A stretch of 20,000 nucleotides of DNA, from the IMG/VR virus record IMGVR_UViG_3300027212_000008; one strand, 5' to 3'. Made by a program: the position numbers and the translations under genes. This stretch comes from an uncultured virus (IMG/VR IMGVR_UViG_3300027212_000008) (Duplodnaviria > Heunggongvirae > Uroviricota > Caudoviricetes > Crassvirales). The notes beneath the pieces are model-generated. The model saw only the letters and a program-made list of their open reading frames with translations. It was not told the DNA's origin and searched no databases. Positions 1 through 8,173 of this stretch are shown here, one piece after another; position 1 is the first letter of the stretch; the number at the start of each line of letters is the position of its first letter.

Positions 1-1
1 A

Positions 2-2116
2 AGAAAGAAAGAATTTAAAGCTTATATCTCTGCTAACGATAAAGACGGTATCTCTAGAAAAGAAGAGCAATTGATGGAGCAGATTACTTCGGAATTAACT
101 TCTATGATCAAGAGCACTTCTATCACTGAAGAAGAAATTAAGAAGCGCCTAGAACAATTAAATAAATACCAAACTTACGATTTTCAAGATATAGCAGAAA
201 TCACTGCTAATAAAATACTTAAGAAAGAATACAAAGAAGGAGACTTTGATTTTACTTTCTTACGCACATTTGAAGACCTACTAGTTGGAGGTGAAGAAAT
301 AATGTATTGTGGAGTACTTGGAGGTAACCCAGTAATGCGAAGAGTAAATCCTATGAATGTCTATACAATGGGAGGTAACTCTATGTATATTGAAGATGCA
401 GATATTATTGTCGAATACGGATATAAATCTGTTGGACAAATAATTGATGATTATTGGGATGAAATTTCTGAGGACGATGTAGATTTCTTAGAAAGAGGAA
501 AAACTGATGCTTCTGCAGGAGGCGGAGGTATAGGACTTAATAGAGATATCTCTGTATATGATTATTACGGAGAACAAGGAGCACTAAGTATTTTCCATCC
601 TAATGAAATGGGAACTAGAACTTTCTCAGGAGCTTTTGACACATACGGAAATGTAAGAGTGTTAAAAGTATGTTGGAGATCGAGAAGAAAGATTGGAGAA
701 TTAACATTCTTTGATGATGATGGACAAGAACAAAAAGATTGGGTTCCTGAAGATTACAAGATTAATAAAGACTTAGGAGAAACGGTAAAGTGGATATGGG
801 TTAATGAATGGATGGAAGGTACTAAAATTGCTGACCATATTTATACAGTAATGCGCCCTGTACCTTATGCAAGTAAATCTATAGTTAATAAATCTAAAGG
901 AACCCCTCCGTATGTAGGATCTGTTAATTCTACTAACGACTATAAAGTCCAATCCTTGATGGACGTAATGAAGCCACTCACGTATTCTTACGACATCGCC
1001 TACTACAAAAGAGAATTAGCAATCGCTACATACAAGGGTTCTTTTACTGCTTTAAATTCTTCTCTTGTACCTTCAGGTTGGGACCCAAAAGAATGGATGC
1101 GATATGTTACTATAAACAAATTTGCTTGGTTAGACCCAACTAATGAAATCCTTAAAGGACCTTCTCAAGGTAAATCCGCGGGAGCTTTTAATACATTAAC
1201 AGCACAACAAATACAAGTAGGCGACCCTAATGAAATAGGCATGTACACTAATCTGATGTTGGACATAGAGAATACTCTAGGTAAAATTGCAGGTGTTACA
1301 GGCGCTAGAGAAGGCCAAATAGAAAACAGAGAAGCAGTAGGAAATGTAGAAAGAGAAGTTGCACAAACTAATCATATTACAGAAAAGTGGTTTGCAATAG
1401 ATGCTAACTTCCGTAAAAGAGTTCTTACTAAGTTCTTAGAATGTTGTAAATACTCTTATAAGAAAAATCCTAAGAAAGGGCAATTTTTACTTGACGATAT
1501 GGGGCAAGTGATGATAAACAATTTTGATGAATTTGTATCTACAGAATACGACTTACACGTATCTAATTCTACGGCAGATACGCAGTTGTATAATGACTTA
1601 AGAGCTTTAGCACAAGCAGCTATCCAAAATGGACAAGCTACTATTGCAGACTTAGCAGCTATATCGCAATCAGAATCTGTGCAAGAAGTTGCTAGAAGAC
1701 TTGATGATTCTGCTAGAAAAATCAAAGAGCAGAATGATGCAATGCAAGAAAAACAACTTGCTGCGCAACAGGAAAACGCTCAAATGCAACTGAAAGAAAA
1801 GCAAGATACTCGTGCTTTTGAAGCAGGTGAGGCAGAAAAAGATAGAGATCTTAAACGCGAAGAAATAGCTTCTAAAGAAAGAATGCATGAATTAGGCCAG
1901 TTATCTACTCACGTTAGAGAGATAGAAGGACGCGAAGACATGGACTCTGATAGCAATGGTGTAGCAGATTATTTAGATATCAAACGCACAGACGTTGATG
2001 AAGAATATAAACAAAATCAAATTAGAATAGCCGAAGCCAAACTAGCTGAACAGATAAGATCTAATACTGCTAAAGAAGAAATAGCAAGAGAAAAAGCAAC
2101 TAAACCAACTAAATAA
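2..2116 (+). CDS. Portal protein, crAss-like (5'-truncated)
   Basis: Frame is open from position 2 (RKKEFKAYISANDKDGISRKEEQLMEQ...), so the true start lies upstream of the window. Motifs VLKVCWRSRRKIG, WVNEWMEGTKI and GVTGAREGQI plus a coiled-coil C-terminus resemble crAss-like portals. Located upstream of scaffold and MCP. Confidence 0.9.
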   Translation, partial: RKKEFKAYISANDKDGISRKEEQLMEQITSELTSMIKSTSITEEEIKKRLEQLNKYQTYDFQDIAEITANKILKKEYKEGDFDFTFLRTFEDLLVGGEEIMYCGVLGGNPVMRRVNPMNVYTMGGNSMYIEDADIIVEYGYKSVGQIIDDYWDEISEDDVDFLERGKTDASAGGGGIGLNRDISVYDYYGEQGALSIFHPNEMGTRTFSGAFDTYGNVRVLKVCWRSRRKIGELTFFDDDGQEQKDWVPEDYKINKDLGETVKWIWVNEWMEGTKIADHIYTVMRPVPYASKSIVNKSKGTPPYVGSVNSTNDYKVQSLMDVMKPLTYSYDIAYYKRELAIATYKGSFTALNSSLVPSGWDPKEWMRYVTINKFAWLDPTNEILKGPSQGKSAGAFNTLTAQQIQVGDPNEIGMYTNLMLDIENTLGKIAGVTGAREGQIENREAVGNVEREVAQTNHITEKWFAIDANFRKRVLTKFLECCKYSYKKNPKKGQFLLDDMGQVMINNFDEFVSTEYDLHVSNSTADTQLYNDLRALAQAAIQNGQATIADLAAISQSESVQEVARRLDDSARKIKEQNDAMQEKQLAAQQENAQMQLKEKQDTRAFEAGEAEKDRDLKREEIASKERMHELGQLSTHVREIEGREDMDSDSNGVADYLDIKRTDVDEEYKQNQIRIAEAKLAEQIRSNTAKEEIAREKATKPTK

Positions 2117-2120
2117 AGCT

Positions 2121-2160
2121 ATAGCCCTATAGGAGAAATCATAAAAAATATATGGGCTAT
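2121..2160 (+). promoter_or_regulatory. Inverted repeat ATAGCCC...GGGCTAT (core TAGCCC-N26-GGGCTA), copy 1
   Basis: ATAGCCC 2121-2127 pairs with GGGCTAT 2154-2160. Same arms and spacing as 8096-8133. Confidence 0.6.
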
Positions 2161-2175
2161 TTATAAAAATTATTT

Positions 2176-2183
2176 TAATATTG
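2176..2183 (+). promoter_or_regulatory. Candidate Bacteroidota-type -7 promoter element (TAATATTG)
   Basis: One mismatch to TAnnTTTG, intergenic, 22 nt before the ATG at 2206. Confidence 0.4.
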
Positions 2184-2194
2184 TAACTAATTAA

Positions 2195-2204
2195 CGACAG
2201 CAAA
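2195..2204 (+). promoter_or_regulatory. CGACAGCAAA motif in translation-initiation region
   Basis: Ends 1 nt before the ATG at 2206. Repeated at 5001 and 5024; reverse complement at 8112-8121. Confidence 0.55.
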
Positions 2205-2205
2205 T

Positions 2206-3375
2206 ATGAGTGAAGAGATTAACGACCTATTTGAAGGACTTCAAATAATGTCAGCAGCAGAATTAAATTCAGCCGTGGAATCTAAAAATGAAGACGGAGA
2301 ATCTTCAAAGGAAGATGGGGAAGAATTTACTTTAACTCCAGTAGTAGCAGAAAAAGGAGATGACGATACTACTAGAGAAAATAAAACAGTAACAGCGAGA
2401 GCTGAAACTAATTCTAATTCTAGCGAGAATAAGAATGAAGTAGTTTACAAAGCCTTGATGAAGGAGCTAGTTAACTCAGGAGTTTTAACCGTTGAAGAAA
2501 TGGAAAAACTAGATGAGATGCCAGGAACCTTTGATTCAATTAAAGAGTTGGTAAACAAAACAGTTGAAACAAATTTTAAAGCTAAAGAGAATAGCTGGAA
2601 AAGTAACATGTCTTCTGCAAAGAAAAGATTTTTAGAAATCGAAGATGCATTTGACGAGACTGACCAAGCAATCTTAATGGCACAGAGATTAGAGTTCTTT
2701 GATACAGTAAGTATAGACGCAGTTAAAGCTGACGTAGGTTTGCAAAAGCAAATTTACTACGAGCAGTTGAAAGCTAAGAATTTCTCAGATGCAGATGCAC
2801 TAGAAGCAATTGAAGATGCAGAGGCTATTAATAAATTAGAGGAAAAGTCTTTAAAGGCAATCCCTGAGTTAAAAGCAATGTCTCAACATGTAGTTAATCA
2901 GTCTAGAGATAACAAAGAGTTAAAAACTAAGGCAGAACAAAAAGCTCAGATGGATGCTTTTGAAAATCTACTAGGACATATAGATTCTAGAGAAGGTTTT
3001 ATAGATGGTTTAAATCTTAATAAAGTCTCTAAAGATAAGTTAAAAAGCAACATAGTAAACCCTGTTTACACGGACCCTAAATCAGGAAAAGAGTTTAACA
3101 GTTTAATGTATAAGCAACAAAGAAACCCAGTAGAGTTTGAAATGTTGATTAACTACTATGACACATTAGGCTTATTTAACCTAGACAAAGAAGGAAAGTT
3201 TAAACCTGATATTACTAAGTTAAAGAACGTAGCAAAAACAGCAGCTATCAATGAACTAGATAAAGTCATTGCAGCTGAAGAACAAAGAGGAGTAGGTCGT
3301 AACACATCTATGGAAACCTCACAAAAAACAGAAGGTATACTTAGTCTCCTCGAAAGAGCGACTGGTGGAAAATAA
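2206..3375 (+). CDS. Putative capsid scaffolding protein (crAss 'gene 77'-like)
   Basis: 389 aa with an acidic disordered N-terminus and helical/coiled-coil remainder. Immediately upstream of MCP, as in Crassvirales. Confidence 0.65.
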   Translation: MSEEINDLFEGLQIMSAAELNSAVESKNEDGESSKEDGEEFTLTPVVAEKGDDDTTRENKTVTARAETNSNSSENKNEVVYKALMKELVNSGVLTVEEMEKLDEMPGTFDSIKELVNKTVETNFKAKENSWKSNMSSAKKRFLEIEDAFDETDQAILMAQRLEFFDTVSIDAVKADVGLQKQIYYEQLKAKNFSDADALEAIEDAEAINKLEEKSLKAIPELKAMSQHVVNQSRDNKELKTKAEQKAQMDAFENLLGHIDSREGFIDGLNLNKVSKDKLKSNIVNPVYTDPKSGKEFNSLMYKQQRNPVEFEMLINYYDTLGLFNLDKEGKFKPDITKLKNVAKTAAINELDKVIAAEEQRGVGRNTSMETSQKTEGILSLLERATGGK

Positions 3376-3416
3376 AATAAATTTATTCGTTTAACAATTA
3401 ATAACAAAAAACAAAA

Positions 3417-4928
3417 ATGGCTCAATTACTCCCATTACAACGGTATGAAGCTAAAGATTACAATGGTTTGGTTACTGATAACCACTTCCATTCTTTGTAT
3501 CAACAAAAACCTCAGTTGATTAGTAATGTAATTAAACAAATTTACAAGACTAACCTACAAGGTAAATTACGTGAATTCGTAGATCGTTTCCCTGTAAAAG
3601 AAGTGGAACAAGAAAACGGATTTTATAACTGGATGTTGCAAGGTCAACACGATAAAAATCTTCCTCTAGTAGATGCTGAAACTATTGACGGACGTACTAT
3701 TTCTGCAGGGACTTTCCCAGCAAACATTGGTGCTAACGGAGAACGTTTCTACTTAATCTTTGACGAACCGTTGTTTGAAGAAACTAACGTACTTCGTGGA
3801 GAAGTTGATGATTATCACTTGTTGGTTAAGAAAGCGATGGACGCAGGTTCTCGTTACAAAGTTGAAGTTGAATTAGTAACTGATAACTCTACTAAGTCTG
3901 TTCCTTCTGAGGAATTGTCTATCGGAGGACGTTGGTCTAAATTCTATTCTCTTTCTCCTTCTACATTATCTTACCAAGGTGCTAAACCTTATTTCACTTC
4001 TCCTTGGAGAATGGAAAATCGTCCTTCTACATTACGTATGGAGTATGAGGTTGCAGGTAACACAATCAACAAAGGTAAAAACGAACCATTAGAGTTTGGA
4101 TTTAACTACAAAGGACAACAAGAATCAATTTGGATTAACTACCAAGATATGGTAGCTCATCACCAATGTGAAGAAATGTTTGCTCGTATGTTGATGTACG
4201 GTAAGAAAAACTGGACAGCTGACCACAAGTATTTGAACAAAGATGACAAGACTAAATATGCTATCGAATCAGGTGCAGGTTTCTTTGAGCAAATTGCTCC
4301 ATCTAACGTTCACTACTATAACTCTTATGACCTTGATTGGCATTTAGAATTATTGTTAGACATGGGTGTTGGTAAAATTGAAAGAGGTAAGCGTGTAATT
4401 CACTTGTTAACAGGAGAATTCGGTGCTATTGAAATCTCTAAGCAAATCCAAGCTAAATCAGGAACAGGTAAATTTACTGTAATCTCTGATAAGTTCTTAA
4501 TGAGTAACACAGACCCAGGAAACTTAGGTGGTAAAAACACTAAAGGTTTAATGGAGCCGCAGTGGAACGTGTACGAATGGTACAATGGAGTTGTTATTAT
4601 GGTTGAGATCGTTGATTTCTTCGATGATGATGTTTACTTCCCTCAACGTCACCCAGATGGAAAAGGTCTTGTAGAATCTCACAGAATCTTAGCTCTTGAT
4701 TATGGCGACAATGCAGGTATCTACCGTGTTAAGCCAAAAGGAGTTCCAGATTACAATTGGGCATATATCCCAGGTATGAGAGACCCGTTCTCTCCTGCAG
4801 GTAAAGGTTCACCTAAAATGGTAGCTTCTCCAGTAGACGGATACTCAGTACACTTCCAGAAGTGGGGTGGATTGATGATTGAAGATCCTACTAAAGTAGT
4901 AGATTTACGTCTTTCAGTAGAGAGATAA
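3417..4928 (+). CDS. Major capsid protein (crAss-like, HK97 fold)
   Basis: 503 aa; motifs GLVTDNH, ESGAGFFEQI, LLTGEFG, YIPGMRDPF and GLMIEDPT resemble crAss MCPs. Strong high-expression codon bias (CGT, TTC, AAC). Followed by a terminator. Confidence 0.9.
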   Translation: MAQLLPLQRYEAKDYNGLVTDNHFHSLYQQKPQLISNVIKQIYKTNLQGKLREFVDRFPVKEVEQENGFYNWMLQGQHDKNLPLVDAETIDGRTISAGTFPANIGANGERFYLIFDEPLFEETNVLRGEVDDYHLLVKKAMDAGSRYKVEVELVTDNSTKSVPSEELSIGGRWSKFYSLSPSTLSYQGAKPYFTSPWRMENRPSTLRMEYEVAGNTINKGKNEPLEFGFNYKGQQESIWINYQDMVAHHQCEEMFARMLMYGKKNWTADHKYLNKDDKTKYAIESGAGFFEQIAPSNVHYYNSYDLDWHLELLLDMGVGKIERGKRVIHLLTGEFGAIEISKQIQAKSGTGKFTVISDKFLMSNTDPGNLGGKNTKGLMEPQWNVYEWYNGVVIMVEIVDFFDDDVYFPQRHPDGKGLVESHRILALDYGDNAGIYRVKPKGVPDYNWAYIPGMRDPFSPAGKGSPKMVASPVDGYSVHFQKWGGLMIEDPTKVVDLRLSVER

Positions 4929-4935
4929 TAAATAT

Positions 4936-4981
4936 AAAAAATGTATCCCCTTGGAGCTAATCACTCCGAGGGGGCATTTTT
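4936..4981 (+). terminator. Rho-independent terminator after MCP
   Basis: Stem TCCCCTTGGAG (4946-4956) / CTCCGAGGGGG (4964-4974), 7-nt loop, followed by CATTTTT. Upstream A-run suggests it could be bidirectional. Confidence 0.8.
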
Positions 4982-5000
4982 AATAAGAGAATTAATAATT

Positions 5001-5011
5001 GACAGCAAAAT
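5001..5011 (+). promoter_or_regulatory. GACAGCAAAAT motif in translation-initiation region
   Basis: Ends 2 nt before the ATG at 5014. Exact reverse complement of 8110-8120. Confidence 0.55.
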
Positions 5012-5013
5012 AA

Positions 5014-5952
5014 ATGGAAACAACGACAGCAGAAAAAGTGGTTTACGGTACATTTCTACAAGATAGAATTGTTGCAGTAAAACCAGTAGAATCATCAGGG
5101 AAATGGAGTACCCTATTAGTATCTGGACAGGACAATAAAAAAGACCCGTTCATTTATAACAAAGCAAAACGAAGCTACCAATTGCCTCTTAACAATGCAA
5201 ACTTAGGTGGAGGAGTTAAAGTAATTTTAGACGATCAAAAGAGAGTTAAAATTCAAAAATACATGGAGTCTTTTCCTAACGGAATGACCCAAAAAGAGTT
5301 CTTTGAAAAAGAATTAGGAGTAAACTTAAACCCTACTCTTAAGGCTGAAGAAAACTTCTGGAGAACAGACAGAAGAGGTAGAGTAGTAATGACTAAAGAA
5401 GGTACTACACTAAATCTTAATCTTTCCCTAGACATGCTTAAGTATCTTATACTTATAGCTAATAAGTCACTAGTATCTCCTTCGTATGAAGATAGAACAT
5501 TGAAAGCGACTTATGAGTTTATGATTGTAGACGAAAGCAAAGTAACTACTAAGAAATTAGCAGAGGCAAGTGTTAAGGCAGATGCGTTTATTAAGTATGC
5601 AGAAATTACAAATAGTAAGAAAGCTACTATTGGATTTATTAAATCCCTAGGTAGAACTATTCCTGCGACCGCAAGTGAAGAGTGGATAAAAAATGAAGTC
5701 TTAAATATTGCAGATAGTAATCCTGCATATTTCTTAGAAATTGTTAATCATCCTCAATATAATGAGCGTATCTTTGTACAAGAAGCTGTAGAAGCTGGTG
5801 CAATTATCCGTAAAGGAGAGAAAAGATATACTTTAGATAACGGGTCTGAGTTAGGAGATATGACAGATGTTATTAACTACTTACTTAACCCTGATAATCA
5901 GGAAGTAAAACTTAGAATTAAAGCAAAAATTGATTTAGCAAAACGTAACTAA
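5014..5952 (+). CDS. Conserved crAss-like protein downstream of MCP ('gene 75'-like), function unknown
   Basis: 312 aa; position after MCP and motifs NFW, TLNLNLSLDMLKYLIL and YLLNPDNQEV fit this family. Confidence 0.7.
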   Translation: METTTAEKVVYGTFLQDRIVAVKPVESSGKWSTLLVSGQDNKKDPFIYNKAKRSYQLPLNNANLGGGVKVILDDQKRVKIQKYMESFPNGMTQKEFFEKELGVNLNPTLKAEENFWRTDRRGRVVMTKEGTTLNLNLSLDMLKYLILIANKSLVSPSYEDRTLKATYEFMIVDESKVTTKKLAEASVKADAFIKYAEITNSKKATIGFIKSLGRTIPATASEEWIKNEVLNIADSNPAYFLEIVNHPQYNERIFVQEAVEAGAIIRKGEKRYTLDNGSELGDMTDVINYLLNPDNQEVKLRIKAKIDLAKRN

Positions 5953-5954
5953 TT

Positions 5955-6722
5955 ATGACTGCAAACGAAATGGCTGATGCATTAGAATTAAAACTAGACA
6001 GAAGTGATAGTTTTGGTTCCCCTGGATATGAAGATTTTGAATTATCTTCTGTTCTAAGTGAAGCTAATAGTTTATATGTTAAGAAGTACTTTGATGAATT
6101 AAACAACAGAAAAGGTAAAGGCTTCCAAGAAACAGAAATTAGAGACCAAGGTTTGGGAGCGTTAATACTAGACGCTCCCTCCCTCGTTTCTTCAGCTTCA
6201 CAAGTTGGTGTAATAGTCAACCCTAATGTAGTTGGAAAGTTCTTTGACTTACCGTTGAACCATATGTATACTATCTATGAAGAATGTACAATAGATAAAA
6301 TAGAATGTGGAACAGCAGAAACTAGTATAGTTGCTTATGTAACTCCAATAGCTCATACAGAAATGCAGAGATTTAATTGGAGTAAGTATAAGAAACCTTT
6401 CTATAATATTTCAGGAGACTCAAGAGTTTGGAGATCTGAATTTTCTAGACAAGTAACTGGAATTAATCCCGCATCACCTGCAACTGCAAAGAGGCATGAG
6501 ATGTTTACAGACGGTACTTTTAACATTACAGCCTATCACATGCGCTATGTTAAAAACCCTGAGAATATAGTAGTAGATAGAAATACTCCTACTAACCAAC
6601 GTAACTGTGAACTAGATACTTCTACTCACATAGTTATAGTAGACATAGCAATGAGCTTAATGTCTGATAGAATAAGAGAACAAAGAGTACAAAATATTGA
6701 GCAATTTAAAGAGCTCGAATAA
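5955..6722 (+). CDS. Tail ring / head-tail adaptor protein ('gene 74'-like, R3-type)
   Basis: 255 aa; N-terminal MTANEM, PGYEDFELSSVL, KGFQETE, YHMRYVKNP and CELDTSTHIVIVDIA are typical of crAss ring proteins. Confidence 0.75.
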   Translation: MTANEMADALELKLDRSDSFGSPGYEDFELSSVLSEANSLYVKKYFDELNNRKGKGFQETEIRDQGLGALILDAPSLVSSASQVGVIVNPNVVGKFFDLPLNHMYTIYEECTIDKIECGTAETSIVAYVTPIAHTEMQRFNWSKYKKPFYNISGDSRVWRSEFSRQVTGINPASPATAKRHEMFTDGTFNITAYHMRYVKNPENIVVDRNTPTNQRNCELDTSTHIVIVDIAMSLMSDRIREQRVQNIEQFKELE

Positions 6723-6759
6723 ATAATAATATAACAATAACAATTTAAAATTAAAAAAA

Positions 6760-8073
6760 ATGTTAAGAAAAGCAAACAATGTATTTAGCGTATTGCTAAA
6801 TGACGCTTCTAAATTAACTTCAGCGTTACCAGCAACAACTGCAGGTGTAGTTGTAACTGATGCAAATCTTGAATCAGGAGCAATCGTTGTAACAGATTTA
6901 GGATTGCAGAGATTAAGTGCTGCTGAATACACAGCATTAGCTAACAGTGACCAATTTCTTGTAGTACAAGGAAAAGGTGTTGGAAAACCTCTTATGAAGT
7001 CTCCAGTTTTAACTAAAGGTAAGATTAAGTTAACTGCAGCTCGTTTTAAAGCAGCTGTTCAACAAGTAACTACAATTGGTTATAACGGAACTACAGGAGT
7101 ACTTCCTACAGCAAACAATACTTCTTATTTTATTAAAATTAGAAAAAGAGATAATGATGCTGCTAACCGTTCTCAACCAATGAGTTTATTTGCAGGTCCA
7201 GTTAAGACTGACGCTACAGGTACTCAAGAAGAATTGGCTTTCTTGTTGGCAGTTAATGGTTTAAAGAACTTTAAAGATGAGCCTGCAAATGGTTACTTGA
7301 AATTTGAAGTAATTTCTAACGGAACTCTTGCAGCTATTGGTGCAACTACTTTAGCAGCTACTGTAGGTTCTAGATTAGTAACTTATTCTGCAGCACACTC
7401 TTTAGTAGTAGGTGATTTAATATTTATTGCTGGAGCAACTTATAAAGTAGCAGTAGTTCCTTCTGCAACTACAATAACTTTAAACTTTGCATTCCAAGGT
7501 ACAACTGTAACAGCTTTAGCAACAGGTACTACTTACGCAACTACTCACGGTTTATTAACTGTGCCTACTGCTTTTGGTATCCGTCTTACAGGTAAACCAG
7601 CACCGTTTGATGTAAATCAATTCCGTGATTATTATGCTAATCGTTTTACTGCAACTTTCTCTGATAGTTCAACTTTGAATACAGCAACTACAGGAGCTCG
7701 TAACGGTAACGGTGTATGGCAACAAGTTGCTATGGATGAGTACATGAACTATGGTTTTGAAGGTCAAAACAATCAGTTAGCTACTCCTTCTGTTCCTCGT
7801 GACCAAGTAGTTAAAATCCCTGGTGTAGGAACTGCAACAGCTTTAACTTCTAAGTATTGCGCTTTAAACATTGCTTGGGAAGAGTCAATTGGTACTCTAG
7901 TAACTATGGCAGGTGGAAAAGGTAACGTAGTAGTTTATGTTAATCTTACAGATAGTGCAGGTTTAGGAAAAATTTCTACTCCAACAACTACTACAGGAAA
8001 TGAGTTTATCACAGTATTTGGAGGTCCTACTGCTTTTGGCGTAGCTGCACTTACAGACTTGGATGAGCAATAA
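6760..8073 (+). CDS. Auxiliary capsid protein ('gene 73'-like)
   Basis: 437 aa, Thr/Ala/Gly-rich, highly biased codons, GNGVWQQVAMDEY motif, syntenic position after the ring gene. Confidence 0.65.
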   Translation: MLRKANNVFSVLLNDASKLTSALPATTAGVVVTDANLESGAIVVTDLGLQRLSAAEYTALANSDQFLVVQGKGVGKPLMKSPVLTKGKIKLTAARFKAAVQQVTTIGYNGTTGVLPTANNTSYFIKIRKRDNDAANRSQPMSLFAGPVKTDATGTQEELAFLLAVNGLKNFKDEPANGYLKFEVISNGTLAAIGATTLAATVGSRLVTYSAAHSLVVGDLIFIAGATYKVAVVPSATTITLNFAFQGTTVTALATGTTYATTHGLLTVPTAFGIRLTGKPAPFDVNQFRDYYANRFTATFSDSSTLNTATTGARNGNGVWQQVAMDEYMNYGFEGQNNQLATPSVPRDQVVKIPGVGTATALTSKYCALNIAWEESIGTLVTMAGGKGNVVVYVNLTDSAGLGKISTPTTTTGNEFITVFGGPTAFGVAALTDLDEQ

Positions 8074-8093
8074 AATGTAATTCTCCAACCCTC

Positions 8094-8135
8094 AGTAGCC
8101 CGTCACGAAATTTTGCTGTCGAGTGATGGGCTACT
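8094..8135 (+). promoter_or_regulatory. 13-bp stem-loop (TAGCCC-N26-GGGCTA copy 2); terminator and/or regulatory RNA
   Basis: AGTAGCCCGTCAC (8094-8106) pairs with GTGATGGGCTACT (8123-8135) with one G-U. 16-nt loop GAAATTTTGCTGTCGA. T-rich tract follows. Confidence 0.75.
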
Positions 8136-8149
8136 ATATTTATTTTTAT

Positions 8150-8157
8150 TACCTTTA
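8150..8157 (+). promoter_or_regulatory. Candidate -7 promoter element (TACCTTTA)
   Basis: One mismatch to TAnnTTTG. Starts after a 16-nt spacer from GGGCTA, as at 2176. Confidence 0.4.
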
Positions 8158-8173
8158 CTAAAATTTCAATCCT

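Noticed and set aside
71..76. Track start of the portal ORF
   Set aside because: Frame is open back to position 2, so the gene is truncated by the window edge.
8081..8088. TTCTCC/CTCCAA complementary to GGAGAA (2132-2137) and TTGGAG (4951-4956)
   Set aside because: Only 6 bp each, which is expected by chance. Worth revisiting only if the main antisense pairing is confirmed.
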